Assembly (NCBI GenBank): GCA_964187785.1
Contig: OZ076409.1
Coordinates: forward strand, 51,710,001 to 51,774,000
Length of the DNA: 64,000 bases
Reading direction: 5' to 3'
Origin: Amphiscolops sp. MND2022
Taxonomy: Eukaryota
Numbering within the stretch: the stretch's first letter is position 1; each line of letters opens with the position of its first letter. Below, one piece after another: positions 10,768-24,304 of the stretch. The position numbers were made by a program, and so were the translations under genes. The notes below the pieces were generated by a model. It saw nothing but the letters and a program-made list of their open reading frames with translations. It searched no databases and had not been told where the DNA came from.

Positions 10768-12949
10768 TGTAGTAGAAAATCCCACATTGAAGGTATCAAC
10801 ACCGCTGTAACATCCTTGTAGTAGTAGTAGTAGCCTACTCAGTAGGCTACCTTCTGAGAAAATCCCACATTGAAGGAATCAACACCGCTGTAACATCCTT
10901 GTTGATGAGAGGAACTCTTGAATGTAAACTTCCTTAAAAAGTTTAGACTGGTCCGATTAACTGTTTAAACTGATTGATTACGCAAAAATAGTGTGAAGAA
11001 TTGAGATTCTAAATTCCAAACTCTCAATTTGAAAAAAATTAAATTGATGGTTTCTAGTTTGTATTCAACTTGAATACAAACTAGAAACCATCAATTTAAT
11101 TTTTTTCAAAGTGAGAGTTTGGAATTGAGATACAAACATTCTTTTTTTGAAATCTTCTGATCTTTTTTTGATACCTGTCGTGAGCTTCAGCAAAAACTGT
11201 TCCGAAAAATTGTTTTTTCGATTAACTGTACTCTTTTGTACGAAAGAAAGGAAAGTAAAGACAAGATTAAAAAGCCATTAGTTTAAAAGTAACCCGCTTT
11301 TGAGATTTGTAAACGAACGATTTTCATAAATCAGGGAAGTTTACAAAAGTGTAGTTCCAAACTGAACGAACTGTTTCATTCTTTTGTTTACCATTCATCA
11401 ATCAAATTTTAAGTTGTTACAGCAACTCATGGTTTTCTTTAAGGATGCGAATAAGTCCTACCTTATAAGGTAACGAAAGTTTCACTCATCATGAGTGATG
11501 ATCAGCTCTCATTTCCTTATAAGGTACGCGCTGTCCCATTTCTATGAAAAAGCTACCTTATTACCTTATTTGGTCAATACGGTGATTCATCGTTGACGAA
11601 CAAGCGTGCGCGTATTACCTTATTTGGTCAGTAAGCGCCTGCTTTAAAGTATTTCAAGTTTGATCGCGGTAAAATTCCAATTAAATTGGCGGTTATCAGA
11701 TCTTCTCGAAGAGACCAATTTCCCTTATGAGTAGGCATTGGATTTATTTGGAAATTACAGTAGTAGCAGAAGCATACAATAAAATATGGATACCATTTGG
11801 TTGATGGCTAGACAATACGGAAAAAAATACGGAAGAAGCGTTGAATATGTGAAAGTAAAAACAGTCTTTACTTCTGAGTCAGAAATAAATACTGTTTTTA
11901 TTTTCACATATTCAACGCTTCTTCCGTATTCTGAGAAGTACTGAGATTAGTGATTGTTAATCGTGTCGCTTCTCAGAAACGTCAATTTAGCTAAGTATTG
12001 AATAATTTCTATCAAAATAGATATAAACTTATGTAAGGCGAAATATGGAGAAACATGACATTTGGATACAAATAAATCCTAAGCCTACTCATGATTGTTC
12101 GCTATGGATGAATCAAATGAAGATGTTTGGAATTTGGCAGTCAGAATTTGTAACAGACAGCAATATCATTGTTTTGTTGGTAAATATGAACGCCAATGCG
12201 AATTCTAAAATTGATGATTGACACTTCAATAGTGATTCTTTCTCACCACTGTTACAATACGCTTCTGACAGCAGAAAGTGGTTCGCAATACTAGCCCCGA
12301 GAAGAAAAGTTTAGCTCCGAAATTTATCATTACTAGAAAAGCAAAACGGTTGACCGTTGAATCCTCTCCCTTTACAGAAGTTTCAACAGTGTTAGTAGGT
12401 AAGATATTGATAGTTTTGTTTCCTTTCCGTAGTATTCAGCTATCTAAAAATTTATTCTCTTCACTAAAAGCTTTAAATATAGTATATCTTCAAACAAACT
12501 CCTGTTTCACCTCCTTTGGAAAAACGAATAATTCTTCTATATTGAATCTGAATCAGTTACTAAGGAACTGGATATAAGTTGAGTCGGACACTTTTCAATG
12601 TCCCTCATATTATCGTCACGGCTGTGATTACGCTCACGGCAGGGACCAAAGTTCAGAAATTTGATTGAGAGTAAAAACATTTATGGTAAACAAGGTAACT
12701 CAGTAAACAAACAAAATCCTGAAATTTGGTCCCTGTCGTGAGCGCAATGTTAATAAACAATTCATTAACTTGTCAGCATAACAACAAACACTGTCTGCCA
12801 GGCAACAGTGGCCGACAATAATTGATAAATTGTTTAATGCGTAAATTTAAATGATTAAATTTACGCATTAAACAATTTATCAATTATTGTCGGCCAGACC
12901 GTGATGATGAATTGTTTATTGATAAATTGTTTAAACTGAGTTGCAGCTA

Positions 12950-13312
12950 CTAGGTGAACCAAAAAAAAACGGAACGTACAAAAAATTCTTGAGCTCTCAA
13001 AGATCCAAATATTTGACAACTGAAGTTTCAAAGCAACGTTCAACGCTCCTGTCAATCATTCAAATTTGGTATATTTCTTAGAAGCGAAAATGCTTTCGCA
13101 CATTGAAAGTAAGAACGAAATGACTGGTATAGACGTCTAGACTATTTTTGATGGTTCAAACCATCATTCGTTGGAGATGTGATTACGTAATATGAGCTTC
13201 AATCAAAATATTTGATAGATAAAATTGAAAGATTCTCAGTGCCTTGTTTACAAACAATACGATTTTGAAGACACAAAAATTTGCACGTTCCGTTTTTTTT
13301 TGGTTCACCTAG
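12950..13312. mobile_element. TA-flanked MITE (Tc1/mariner-type); internally deleted second copy at ~23725-23925
   Basis: TIR CTAGGTGAACC(A)nCGGAACGT / ACGTTCCG(T)nGGTTCACCTAG, TA on both sides. Confidence 0.8.
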
Positions 13313-13538
13313 TAATTTTGGTCCCTGGTGTAAGCGCCTGATGTAATAAAACGTTCCTATGACTAAAATGACTCCGATGACTTCTGATCAAGGAAAACGC
13401 TAATTTGAAAATTCCATTTTGTAATTTTTGTATTTATGATACTTTTATTTAAAAAATGCAATAATCATGATCGTAATCATTTGAGGATCACACCATTTGA
13501 ATATCATATGAAAAGTTACATGACAAATGAAGTTGAAA

Positions 13539-15548
13539 TTAGGAGCAATGTTCCTTTACGTGCATCCTATAATTTTCCATTGTCTTGAAATTAACATTGG
13601 ATACGAGTGTCGCGTGAACATTAATGTTGCTGTTGAAGTTTAGAGTTGATGTTTTGTCAACTTTGAATTTCAGGGACGTAATGACAGCTGTTCCATCCGC
13701 AACTTTGTCCCATTCGTTGCCCAATATGTGGTCCCATGCTGATGTTGAAAAAGGGCCGTCGTCTTCTTTGATGGAGAATGTCACTGGGCCATTTGTGACA
13801 CCGAACGCGTGAATCGTCGCATCAGTGCAAGGGGCAAAATCTTGCTTGATGTCTTTGACTCTGCTGCGTCCACTGAGGGAATTCATCAACAAGTTTTCAG
13901 GTTAGAATATGCCCAATACACTAACGCATGGTCGTCGTATAACGGCGCGCCAGGTGCGTTTTCAACTGCTCCCAGTCTTTTTTTCCGGAGATAACTTACA
14001 GGGACTGTTGCGTTGAAGGAAGGATCGTCCTGTTTTTCGACTTCTACGAGAAGTTTCGTCTTTAAATAGTAAATAGAATTAATCTTCCAATCGCAGCCCA
14101 AAATTTCAACAATGTCTCCCTTGATGACGACTCCGGTGCTGATGGGGACACAAACTAGTTCTTTTCGTTCAAGTGGGGTACTTTTGAAACTCTGGGAAGG
14201 TCCACCAATTATGGCCTGGTATTGCATCAGGATTACCCGGGCCGAATAATTTATCGTAGTCACTATTCCAAAGTTTAAAAAATATTAGAAAAATGTTTGA
14301 AAAGTACTACAACTAACCCATTGAACCTATTTTGGTTGGTGATATGCAAATGATAATAGGTATTTTTGCCAAAATTGAGAACTCAATTCGCTTCGGAAAA
14401 ACTGAGGATAAAGCACTTCGGAAACTTTTCCTAGTAGTATTGTCAAAAAGATTAATGTATTCTACAAAAAAAAATTAAATCAACTGTACGTGCTTTTTCT
14501 CGGGAGGCTGCCAACAACTTGCAACGTTAAACTTGCAATCATTCAACCCTCATAGTCTAGCTAAAAAATAGTTGTACCTCTGTTAAAAAAATATTGAAGT
14601 AGTATTTTCGGTAAGCCTGCTTTACATCAATTTTAGTCTTCTTTTTAGGCATCTTGGCGGGGATCGTGGCCTCTATTCCGCGGGTCACCAACACCGTGAC
14701 TTTTTTGTCAAACACCGTCTTTTTGTCGCATCTTGAAGTAACGTGTTCTTCGTCAGATTCATCCGAGGACTCGGAGTCCTCGGGTTCTTCGAATTTCACT
14801 TTTTTGAAAACGGATGCTGCTTTTGTGACGATTCGCATCGAAGCTGGTAGTATTTGATGGGGACCAAATTCACATTTTCTAGCTGTTCTTCGAAAAAAAC
14901 GTTTTCCTCTATTGGTATCACAACTGGCGATATCAACATTTCTTTACGGAAGGGATCGTTTTTCATTACGAAACCTTCTTCGATGTCCCCTATGTGTCGT
15001 ACGCCGTCTTTAGCATGGGCCAGTGTGTAATGAACTTTATCGATTCTAACACGTTTTTCTTTCATGTAGCCCAGAACATCAAGGCTCAGTGTCAGTTCAA
15101 CGCTACGGCTGTAGCTTGGAATTGGCGTTTCGTTCTTTCGGATGGGCCATTTCTCTGGAAAGTCGTGGAATTTTGGGGGTGTTCTAACAACTCCTGCTGC
15201 ATGTTTTGAGTTGTAATCTAACCATTTGACTTTCGCCTGGAAACAAAAACGTTTTAAAATGTAACTCATTGAACAAAATTCATTAGCAGTAGTGATATTT
15301 CTGAAAGCAACAAATGGCAAGACTGAAAATCGAATATCTCTAAAACAACAGCGATTTCTGAAAAAAATTATGAGGATGAAAGTTTCTTAGATTTTCATGT
15401 ATGTTTATTTGAAGAATATAGGATGAAAATTTAATACCTCATGAGTTCGGTGAAATTCGGTGACGTAGGCTGATCGCCAAAGTCCACATTCTTCCTCGAA
15501 ACATTGCAGGAGTTCTCCGACTTTGAAATTTTTCGAGAATGTCTGCAT
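13539..15548 (-). pseudogene. Spliced gene with N-terminal Tudor/chromo-barrel (Royal family)-like domain and acidic stretch; frameshifted downstream
   Basis: Exon 15548-15438 (MQTFSKNFKVGELLQCFEEECGLWRSAYVTEFHRTHE) splices in phase 0 to 15236 (AKVKWLDYNSKH); frame changes near 14840 and 13890; linkage of the 13539-14263 ORFs is uncertain. Confidence 0.55.
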
Positions 15549-16371
15549 TGTCTGTTGTTTCGCACTCGGTTCAAGACTCGGTACTAGTAGTGGGTTTAAG
15601 AGAACTAAATTCAGTGTCTTTGTAGTGAAATGAGACTAATATTATGTTGCTCTAAGCAAGCTAAGTTAGCAAAAAGACTTCAACTTGAACTGACTTCAAC
15701 AAAAATTAGAATAACTTCAACTTAAACTTGTCACAGCCGCAAAACCAAATTGGGTTAAATTGGTCCAGAATGATATACCGGCCCGCGGGCGTTAATTTGA
15801 ACCAATATGGTCAAAACTTAGATTTTCGGATAATCAGTTGAATTGCACAATGGAAAAATTAGTCTATTTAATGATGCTATTCATTACTATCCAATTTATA
15901 GTAATGAACGATGCCTCCTATGATGGGGATGACCATCATTACAAGGCCCACTTCATCCAATATTCAATCTTGGTTGAAACCTAAACCACAAAACCAAATT
16001 GGGTTAAATTGTTCCAGAGTATTTTGCCGGCCCGGGGGCGTTAATTTGAACTTGATTTTCGAATAATGATAATTATGAAGTGATTAGATAATGATGCCCC
16101 GTCCTGGCTGACTTCAAGTCACGCTGATAAGTCACGCTTTAAGTTACGCTGATTGACCATCTTACGCTGCATGACTGAAATCCATTCTACCGGGAAGTGT
16201 CTCGTTATTACATCGTAAAATCGAAAAGGGAATAAGTTTTTGAATTCATCATTTGAAATCAATTCCTCGTCAAGTTCAGACCTCAATTTTATTCAAACTT
16301 CTCAACTATATTGTTGCAACAACCAGTTTACTAATCTCTTGAATTCGAGAATCAAACTGAAATTTTCCAAA

Positions 16372-19300
16372 ATGCTCGATGCTTCTTTTTCTCAAACAAC
16401 ATCTTCCCAAACTTCGGTCAACATTGCTATCGAGCAAATTATTGCCCGTCATTTGAATGATGATGGAATTGTACAAGAAGTTATCCATGAACTCGCGCCT
16501 CCTCCTGTTCTGACAAGTCAGATATCTCATCCTCACGCTCAGGCTGATATATATGACTTCGTTCCATCGAACTCATCAATGCCAGCAGTAATCGCCGAAA
16601 ATCATACAGGTTCAACATTTTTTGGTACTTTAAAACGTTTATTGGGCGCATTATACTTTTTCCCTCGGCTATGTGTCGTCTGTTGATAGTTCCAGTTACG
16701 TAGTTACACTCAGTGTCAGTAATTTGCATAATTCTAAATAAATGTCGCACTATGTCAGATAAATTTTACGGAACAAAGTGCTCTACATAACTGGGTAGCG
16801 TTCTAAAGTATTGCAAATCCATAATAATACTTGACTATATACCACAATAATAAGTTGAATAATATCCATAATAAGTTGAATAATACTTTCTGAACAAGTT
16901 TTGGTCAAACATTTGCCGTCGAGAATGATCCTGCCGAATTAGTAATTAGTAAACTACAAAATAAACATGATTTCAGTTCAATTCGCAGTGTGTATATAAC
17001 TGAAATCCTGAGTGATTTCACTGGAATAATTTTATGCCTTGTAATGGAGCTCACACCAGGGACCAAAATTTTGAAATCAATCGTAGAACATCGAAATTGT
17101 TTTTGTGAAAAACGGATGTTTCCAACTGAGTAAATTATTGAGCTAAACAATCAGTGTAGGATAAAAATAGTTTTTTTTAGATAACTGAATGCAATCAATT
17201 TTTTCTGAATTTCCTTGGATTTATATGCTTTCTCTTATTTAAAAAAAAAACAGATTGATTTCAAAAATCAATTAGGTTTCGGTAATCAAATGTTTCTTGA
17301 TTGGCAGAAAATGGCATGTTTATTGTATTTAAGGTTATCAAACTCCATCATGGAAACCCCCAGGCCCCAAAGAGCAGCTTGAAAATTCTAGTGTCCCGCT
17401 TCAAACACGCCCAGAGGGATTGAATAACCCCCATTCAACACCACATCCGAACCATGCGTCATCAACGAACTTCGCCGCTCCATTGAGCCCGATCGACGCG
17501 GTCAATTCCAACGGGAGCAACTATGATTCTCCCCTCGAACTTCAGCCAGCGGCCCAGGATGCAAATGGTCGTGGTGAACTGTTGAGCGTCATGTCAAAAT
17601 GGGCAGAAGGACGCTCTCATGTCGAACATCTAGTGGAAACTAACCGTGTTCCTCAAAAAGAAGGAGCCATGCTTGTGTTCCAGTCGCTCGTGATCATCTG
17701 GTGTGTCATCAACAACTACCCTGCCCGACTTCTCAAGAAGTTCACTGTGTATGACTTTGTGAACTTCGTCAAGAAAGGAAATGGTCAATATGTTTGTGCT
17801 GTGACTGATGGAAACAAGTACAAATTTAGGAGGGCTTTAAAGTTCAACGAGTTCGAGCAAAAAGTGATGACTTTCTATTTCAAACGTGTTCGCCCATTTT
17901 GGATAAATGCATTCGATGTTCTGAAAGACAGTTTTCTCACAGAACCCTTAGATTTGACTCTGCAAGAAGTAACACAGTCATTTTTTTATAATTCACTAGG
18001 GAAAAAGCAATTGAATGTTACCAGAGTTTGTGAGAACTTTCAAAACAAAATGAATGCAACCCACAGGAAGCCGAAAAGAAGACTCATCTACGAGCCAACT
18101 ACAACAATTCTCGAAAATGATGGAACTGTTAGTTCAACAGTGGAAATGATATCGCAGGCAACCAAAACGCCACCAAACAACACCCCCGATTCTGATTCAG
18201 CAGCTCAAAGACAGTTGAAGCCAGTGGAGATGACTACGATGTCCCCGACTTCAAAAAAACAACTGTTCTACTCTAGTGATAGCTTTACCAGTCTCAATTC
18301 AGTAAGTTAAATCTTTTAGTATCCATCATTACGATACTCGTACCGGTATGCTGCTGTCAGTCAAGCAGCGCAATCTGAGTAAAATGGTAAAATGGTCATT
18401 CAGCGTAAGTTAGTCAAGTATGGAGTAGAACAGATGATCGTGCGCACTGAAAAGTTATTGGATTGAATTTGGTCCCTGCCATGAGCACAGCTGAAAATTT
18501 TTATTCAATAAAAATTTTTTCAGCTGTTCTCATGGGAGGGACCAAATTCAACCCAATCAAGTTGATCCTCAGGAGTTGAACTTGATTGGGTTGAATTTGG
18601 TCCCTGCGATGAGCACAGCTGAAAATTTTGGACTGAATTTTTTGGACTGAAAAAGTCCACATTGCTCGAGGTGAACAAAACTCCTACAAAACTCTACTAA
18701 AGTAGTTAGTTTATGAAATTTTTCAGGTGAAAAAATTTTTCATTCTTCCGAATAATCCCGAGGACACTATTCCGACGCCGGCCGAATGCAGGGAAGAAAT
18801 CATGAGAAGAGTTTGCATTGATGCGGCAGCAGCAAAAAACCTCGGAGGACGTGTGAATGACCACTTGCGCTACAAACTCGTGAATTTGCGTGTCCAAAAA
18901 ACCATTAACTTCTTCCATGGACCGACTCAACCGTCCCGAGATTGCGTAGCAAAATTCGTCCGCAATCGTGGTTGGTCGGATCACGCAAGAATTGTCGACC
19001 AAGCGATGATAGCGTGGAAGCCTGCAAATAGTGATGTTAGACGAATCACTAGACGTACAGTACCTGAAGTAATTCAGACGGATCTCGGAAGAGGCGTGTG
19101 TATGTTTTTTTGCAAGCTGACATCAACTTTTGTGAACACCTCAAAAATACAAGAGTACATCTGTAACCAAGAGTGGCCCTTCCTCCAAGTTCGTGAAAAA
19201 ATATTGTTCGCGAATGGTTCTGTCGGCCGCGGAGTGGTCACAACTGCCTCAATCAAAGAATCGGAAATAGTTTGTGACTACCACACAGACCTTGTCATAG

Positions 19301-19734
19301 ACCAGGCACTATTACGAGAACGTTCAAACACGCAGTATGTTCTTGACTGTGGTGATTTTGTGCTCGATGCTACTGCCGAAACGTGCAAATGTCACCCTGG
19401 TAGAAGATCGTTTGGACGTCTCCTCAACTACAGACCGAGCAACAACCAAGAATGTAATGTGAGAATGAAGCGGGCAAATATCGGTGGCCAAGATGTAGTT
19501 CTGTTCGTTGCGAAGAGATCCATCGATGTCTTGGAGGAACTCTGCTTCGATTACAATGATGCAGTTTGCAGGGCAGAGTTTTGCCAGCAACTTTCCAATT
19601 CCTCGGGTGCCTCATGGTCCACACAGACCCAAGGAACATCTACCACTGGCAGTGAATCTGAGCGAGAGACCTCTACTACTACTACTAGTAACTCTCAAGT
19701 GACCGAGACGCCTGGAAGTCCTACCCTCTTTTGA
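16372..19734 (+). CDS. ~737-aa protein: tyrosine-recombinase-like region + C-terminal SET domain (SETD8/PR-Set7-like)
   Basis: Exons 16372-16609, 17334-18301 and 18727-19734 join in frame; SET motifs GRGVVTT, DY, LDAT, FGRLLNY, EELCFDY; YR-like VCAVTDGNKYK...YFKRVRP...FFYNSLGK. Confidence 0.8.
18327..18418 (+). repeat. Internal 92-bp copy of the transposon left end (TIR + subterminal repeat), in an intron
   Basis: 85/92 identical to 8236-8327. Confidence 0.9.
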
Positions 19735-20347
19735 AACTTGAAGTGTAATCATTAGTGAAGATGATCTTAGTACAGTAGCGTGATTTTAAAAAAAATGCCC
19801 GGCCTGCCTCTACACTAAGCGTTATCATAAATGATCGATTGCATATTTGCTCAATTTCAACTGATTATATATTTTCAACACTTTCAACTGATATCATATT
19901 TCAACATATTTTCAACTAATAACTCATTTTCAAATAGTTTTTTTTACCGAAGACAGTATTTTTCTTCCTTACATGACGATGATACGTATGATACTAGTGG
20001 AGTCTCTCATAAATTAAAAAAATGTTTTCAGGACATCCAAAGGAGTTTTTTTTGAATTTTTGAATTACGTTTCGAGTTACTTGGTTTTTTTTCTCTGAGG
20101 TTAACGCTTTATCGCATAACGAGACAACCCGGTAAAATAGGTTTCAGGCACGCAGCTGTATGATCTCGGACATTTCAAAAAGTCTGTCGGAAGTTTGCAA
20201 TTTGTTTTTTCTTCTTCTACCGTGACGGTCACTTCTGGTGGCAATCATAACTTTTGAAATTGTTTTCATAATCATTAAGCCAGTATCATCGTTTTTGTGA
20301 TTTGTTGCTGGTTTCTTGCTTAAACAGGTTTTGTATTTCAGATCGAA

Positions 20348-23300
20348 ATGATACAAAAACCAATCATCACTTATGCTGGCATCAATTACGTGAAACTCAC
20401 ATTCCTGAACGTCTTGTTCCCGAATGTGTTCCTGCTGGAAAGCAATGACTGCCTTCTTCCCAATGATCGCAGAAAGGCTACAGATTTCCTCAAGAAGCAT
20501 TTAAAAGGTTTACTTTCTTTCCTTTTTTAATCAAAAACATAACTAGATATCGTAAACGTAATCGTACAAAACGTGGTTGTGAGATGTAAGGAATGCACTT
20601 GAGCATAGCATTGTAGTTGATCGTTCGTGGCACGTTTTGATTCATGATTGTTGCAGGACTGAACGTAAACTTCTCTGATGTATACAAGCCCCATGGGATC
20701 AAAGAAAGATGTCCTTTGTTGCGCGAAGACGTATTCGATTTATTGATAATATCTGCACCTCCATCATTGATTCCCTGGACGACTGAAAGAGTTGGCTATA
20801 TACGACAATTTTTCCCTTCGTTGCCCATTCCAGACTCAACCTCTTTTTTAACAATTCAAGTTGACGCTATTTTTTCACAACAGTCATTGGAAACAGGCGT
20901 TTCGCTGCAGAATTTTTGGAGCTCTTCTTTGAAGACTATATCAGAATCAGAAATTGCATTGGGTCAATTTATTGAAACTCTCAAGCAGTTTTTCACAAGT
21001 CAAACTTTGAAAATCAAGAAAAAAAACACCTTAGTTCATAAACTTCTTCATCTATTTCTGCCAAACTTGTTTTGCCTTGAAAGGGAAGACATTCAAATGG
21101 AGATTCAATGCCTACTTACTCTCAGTAATCCTCAGGATCTTTTAGTCAAAATACGTCGACTTATACAATGCCCTTTCATCAAATCCACCATTCTCCCTTC
21201 AAGACGTGAACTTCAAGCAATCACAAATAAATTGAACGAAGATTTCAGATTAATACTTACTCCCAGAAGAACCCCCACTGGGTTCCGTGTTAATCTTGTT
21301 TCATTTGTCAGATTCGTTGCCTGCAATTTGTATAACAAGACCAGCTTAGTCGGCTTGAGAGTCGACATTTATGGTGATGCAATGTCTCGGGGGAAAAAAG
21401 ACGTCGTACGAATGGCCTTCCGAATTTTGCAAAGCGGCATCGAAACTGAGCAATCCTCAACCCATGTCTTCACGTTTGCTGTGTTTGAGGTGAGTCGTTC
21501 AAGTTTTAATCTAATTTTAACTTTATTAACTTGATTTTAACTTCATTCTAACTTGATTTCTATTGTGAGCTACATCAAAATGTTTATTGAGAACCTAATT
21601 TTGGTCCCTGTTGTGAGCTACACTTAATAGTTTAGTGGTAACGCGAATCTAAATTTGGTCCCTGTCGTGAGTTACACTTAAATGATTACTTAGTAGTTGG
21701 AAAACCAATTTGGTCTGTCTTGAGCAGCACTCAATTGTTTTGTTGATATAACTCTAAATTTTTCCCTGTTGTGAGAAACTGGAAGTTGAAATATGAATTT
21801 TTGGAATGTTTCCCAGGGTAAAGATGTGCGAATCAACCTGGAATACAATCTCGCCATGTCAGAAGTGCTTGGACGCCCTGGATGGCTATACAACGAAACA
21901 AAGGCCTTGCATGATGAAAGTGCTATACTGAGTTGCTCGGGTGATTCACCATTCCAACTGCGTCTTTTAAAAGGTGTTAGCAGTGATGTCTCTTGTCTGT
22001 CAAAGATGTGTCTTTATGTCAGTGATCCTGCAGATATTTCGAATCCACCAGTGAAACAGACAAAAAAAGACACCGCTGAATATAAGAAAGAAATGGAAGG
22101 AAGGGGGGTGATTCTTCCGTCAACTGTCGATTATGCTACTGGCCGAAGAACAGAACTGATCATTGACATCAACGAATGCATCCCAAAAGACTCTCTCATT
22201 TTTCTCAAATCCACTTTCAATACATGCCCTGATTTGCTGCATATGGTTGTCCGTTCAGTCGAAAGTGACTTGAAGTTGCATGTGGACTCGATGTTGCTGT
22301 TGAAAGACCATGCAGCAATATGTAGACTCGAATGTAACATAACGGAACGAAATGTGAAACCGCCGAGATTCAAGTTTGAGATCGCTGAAAAACTCTGCAA
22401 GGCTGTATCTCTCAGTTTCAGAGACGCCGAAGTCATAATATCCGACTGCAACAGAATCAGCGACTATGGCCGATCAGACTGCCCAATTTTTGAAGGTGTG
22501 TATTCATTCGAAACACCTCATGTCTACAAAGCTGACCAAACAACCTCTACAACGTCTTATAACGTGTTGATATCATTGGTTGATGGGTTGGAGACATCTT
22601 TCACAAAAGGAGTGGGTATTTCTGTTCGGAAACTGGCTGACCTCCAATTCCAATCTCTTTACCAGTTACTTGATTTGCTTCGACAGAGAGAATTCAAAGA
22701 CATTCAAAAGTGTAAAGATCTCTATGAGATTTATTACCAGTCAACTTTATGTCTTTTCGGTGATCGTGCGTTGACGCCATACAAATTGAAACTGGATATT
22801 TTACTCAGACTTTTTGAGAAGGGTGAGCTTCTGTCTCCATTTTATTACATGACAGAAGGAACTGAAAAAAGCCACCACACGGCAGCCAAAGACTACAATA
22901 CGAAGACAATGCGTGATGGTGACAATGATGCTTGGAACATGTCATCCTGTTATCTCGATATTCAGTTTTCCTTCTACCGTGCAATTGATTTATGTTCTTC
23001 AAAGTCTTCGACACTTGAATCTTACCGGAAGTTGTATGGAAAAACCGACGTGACAAAGACGTATCTTGAAATTTGCTGTGAACCCATTCCAGAACCTGAA
23101 CTTGACTATCTTAGAACTGAAGACATGTTTAGAGGTATGCACTTTGTCATTCTTGGAACATATGGTCACCTGAAAGAAACTCAAGCGAGTCTTGAGAAGA
23201 AGATCACTGAAAATGGAGGAAATGTTGTTTCCAATGTAGACATCATCAACAGAAGCAAGCTGAATTTTTTGAGCCATCACTATTGCATTTTACCAAATCG

Positions 23301-23643
23301 AAATTGTATCGACGCATTCATTAAAGGTCAACAAGGTAAAGAAAAAGCTGCAACGAAGGCGCTTTCCAATACGATACTCGGTAACTGGATTTACTTGAAC
23401 GCTGAATTTGTAATCGCCTGTGTACAGAAGAAGTCTTTGATTGATCCCAAAGGCTATGTTTTTGAAGTAGATGAGTCTGCGAGAGCCAAATTCAAAACGA
23501 TGAAGTACATATCTATGGCCCCACAATTACAACGTCAATCAAACCCCCTACGACATGGTTCATTAACTTACCACACAGCAATGCGGAAGTACAAGAACGC
23601 ACTAAAAAAGGCCACATTGAAGAGAAAACTAGACGACGTTTAA
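20348..23643 (+). CDS. ~939-aa RAG1/Transib/CMC-like DDE transposase with C-terminal BRCT domain
   Basis: Exons 20348-20507, 20657-21489 and 21817-23643 in frame; candidate D (YGDAM), D (VSSDVS), CPDLLH, TPYK and E (TEGTEKSH); BRCT pattern FRGMHFVILG...IT-NGG-VV...FVIACVQKKSLIDPKGY. Confidence 0.75.
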
Positions 23644-24304
23644 TACCTAAAAACTTACTTATTTTATTACTAATTCAGTAGACAAGGTCCATTTGACCGC
23701 TTCATTGTCAATTCAGTGCTATCTACTAGGTGATTCAAATTTGGTACATTTCTTAGAAGCGAAAATGCTTTCACACATTAAAAGTGAGAACGAAATGACT
23801 GGTATAGACGTATATTTTTGATGGTTCAAACCATCTTTGGTTGAAAATGTGATTACGTAATTTGATCTTAAATCTAAATGAATGACAGAAAAAATTGAAC
23901 GATTATCAGTGCCTTGCTTACAAATATTTTATGTTATAATTTAAACTTATGATAGATCTATGATGATAGATTGAACCAAATATTCGCAATTCAACTTATA
24001 CTTCCATGGTATATCTTTTCGCCGTGACGTTTTCTCTGAAAAGTTCATCAGTCGAAATTTTGATCCCCGTCGTGAGCGCAATATTTAACTGCATCGAGTT
24101 TACATTCCCTCTGTTACCTTATTTACTATTGAATGATCTATGACAGTTGTCTCAGGAATGATCTATGAGGACGTGTGACTTCCTGGAATAGTGTGACTTG
24201 TTGTGAGTTGTTGGATGTATATATTTGACAATCATTTTATAGTTAATTTCATACAATATTGATTGGTGTATAACTTATGAGCGAATTTTTTCAGTTGATA
24301 TCAA

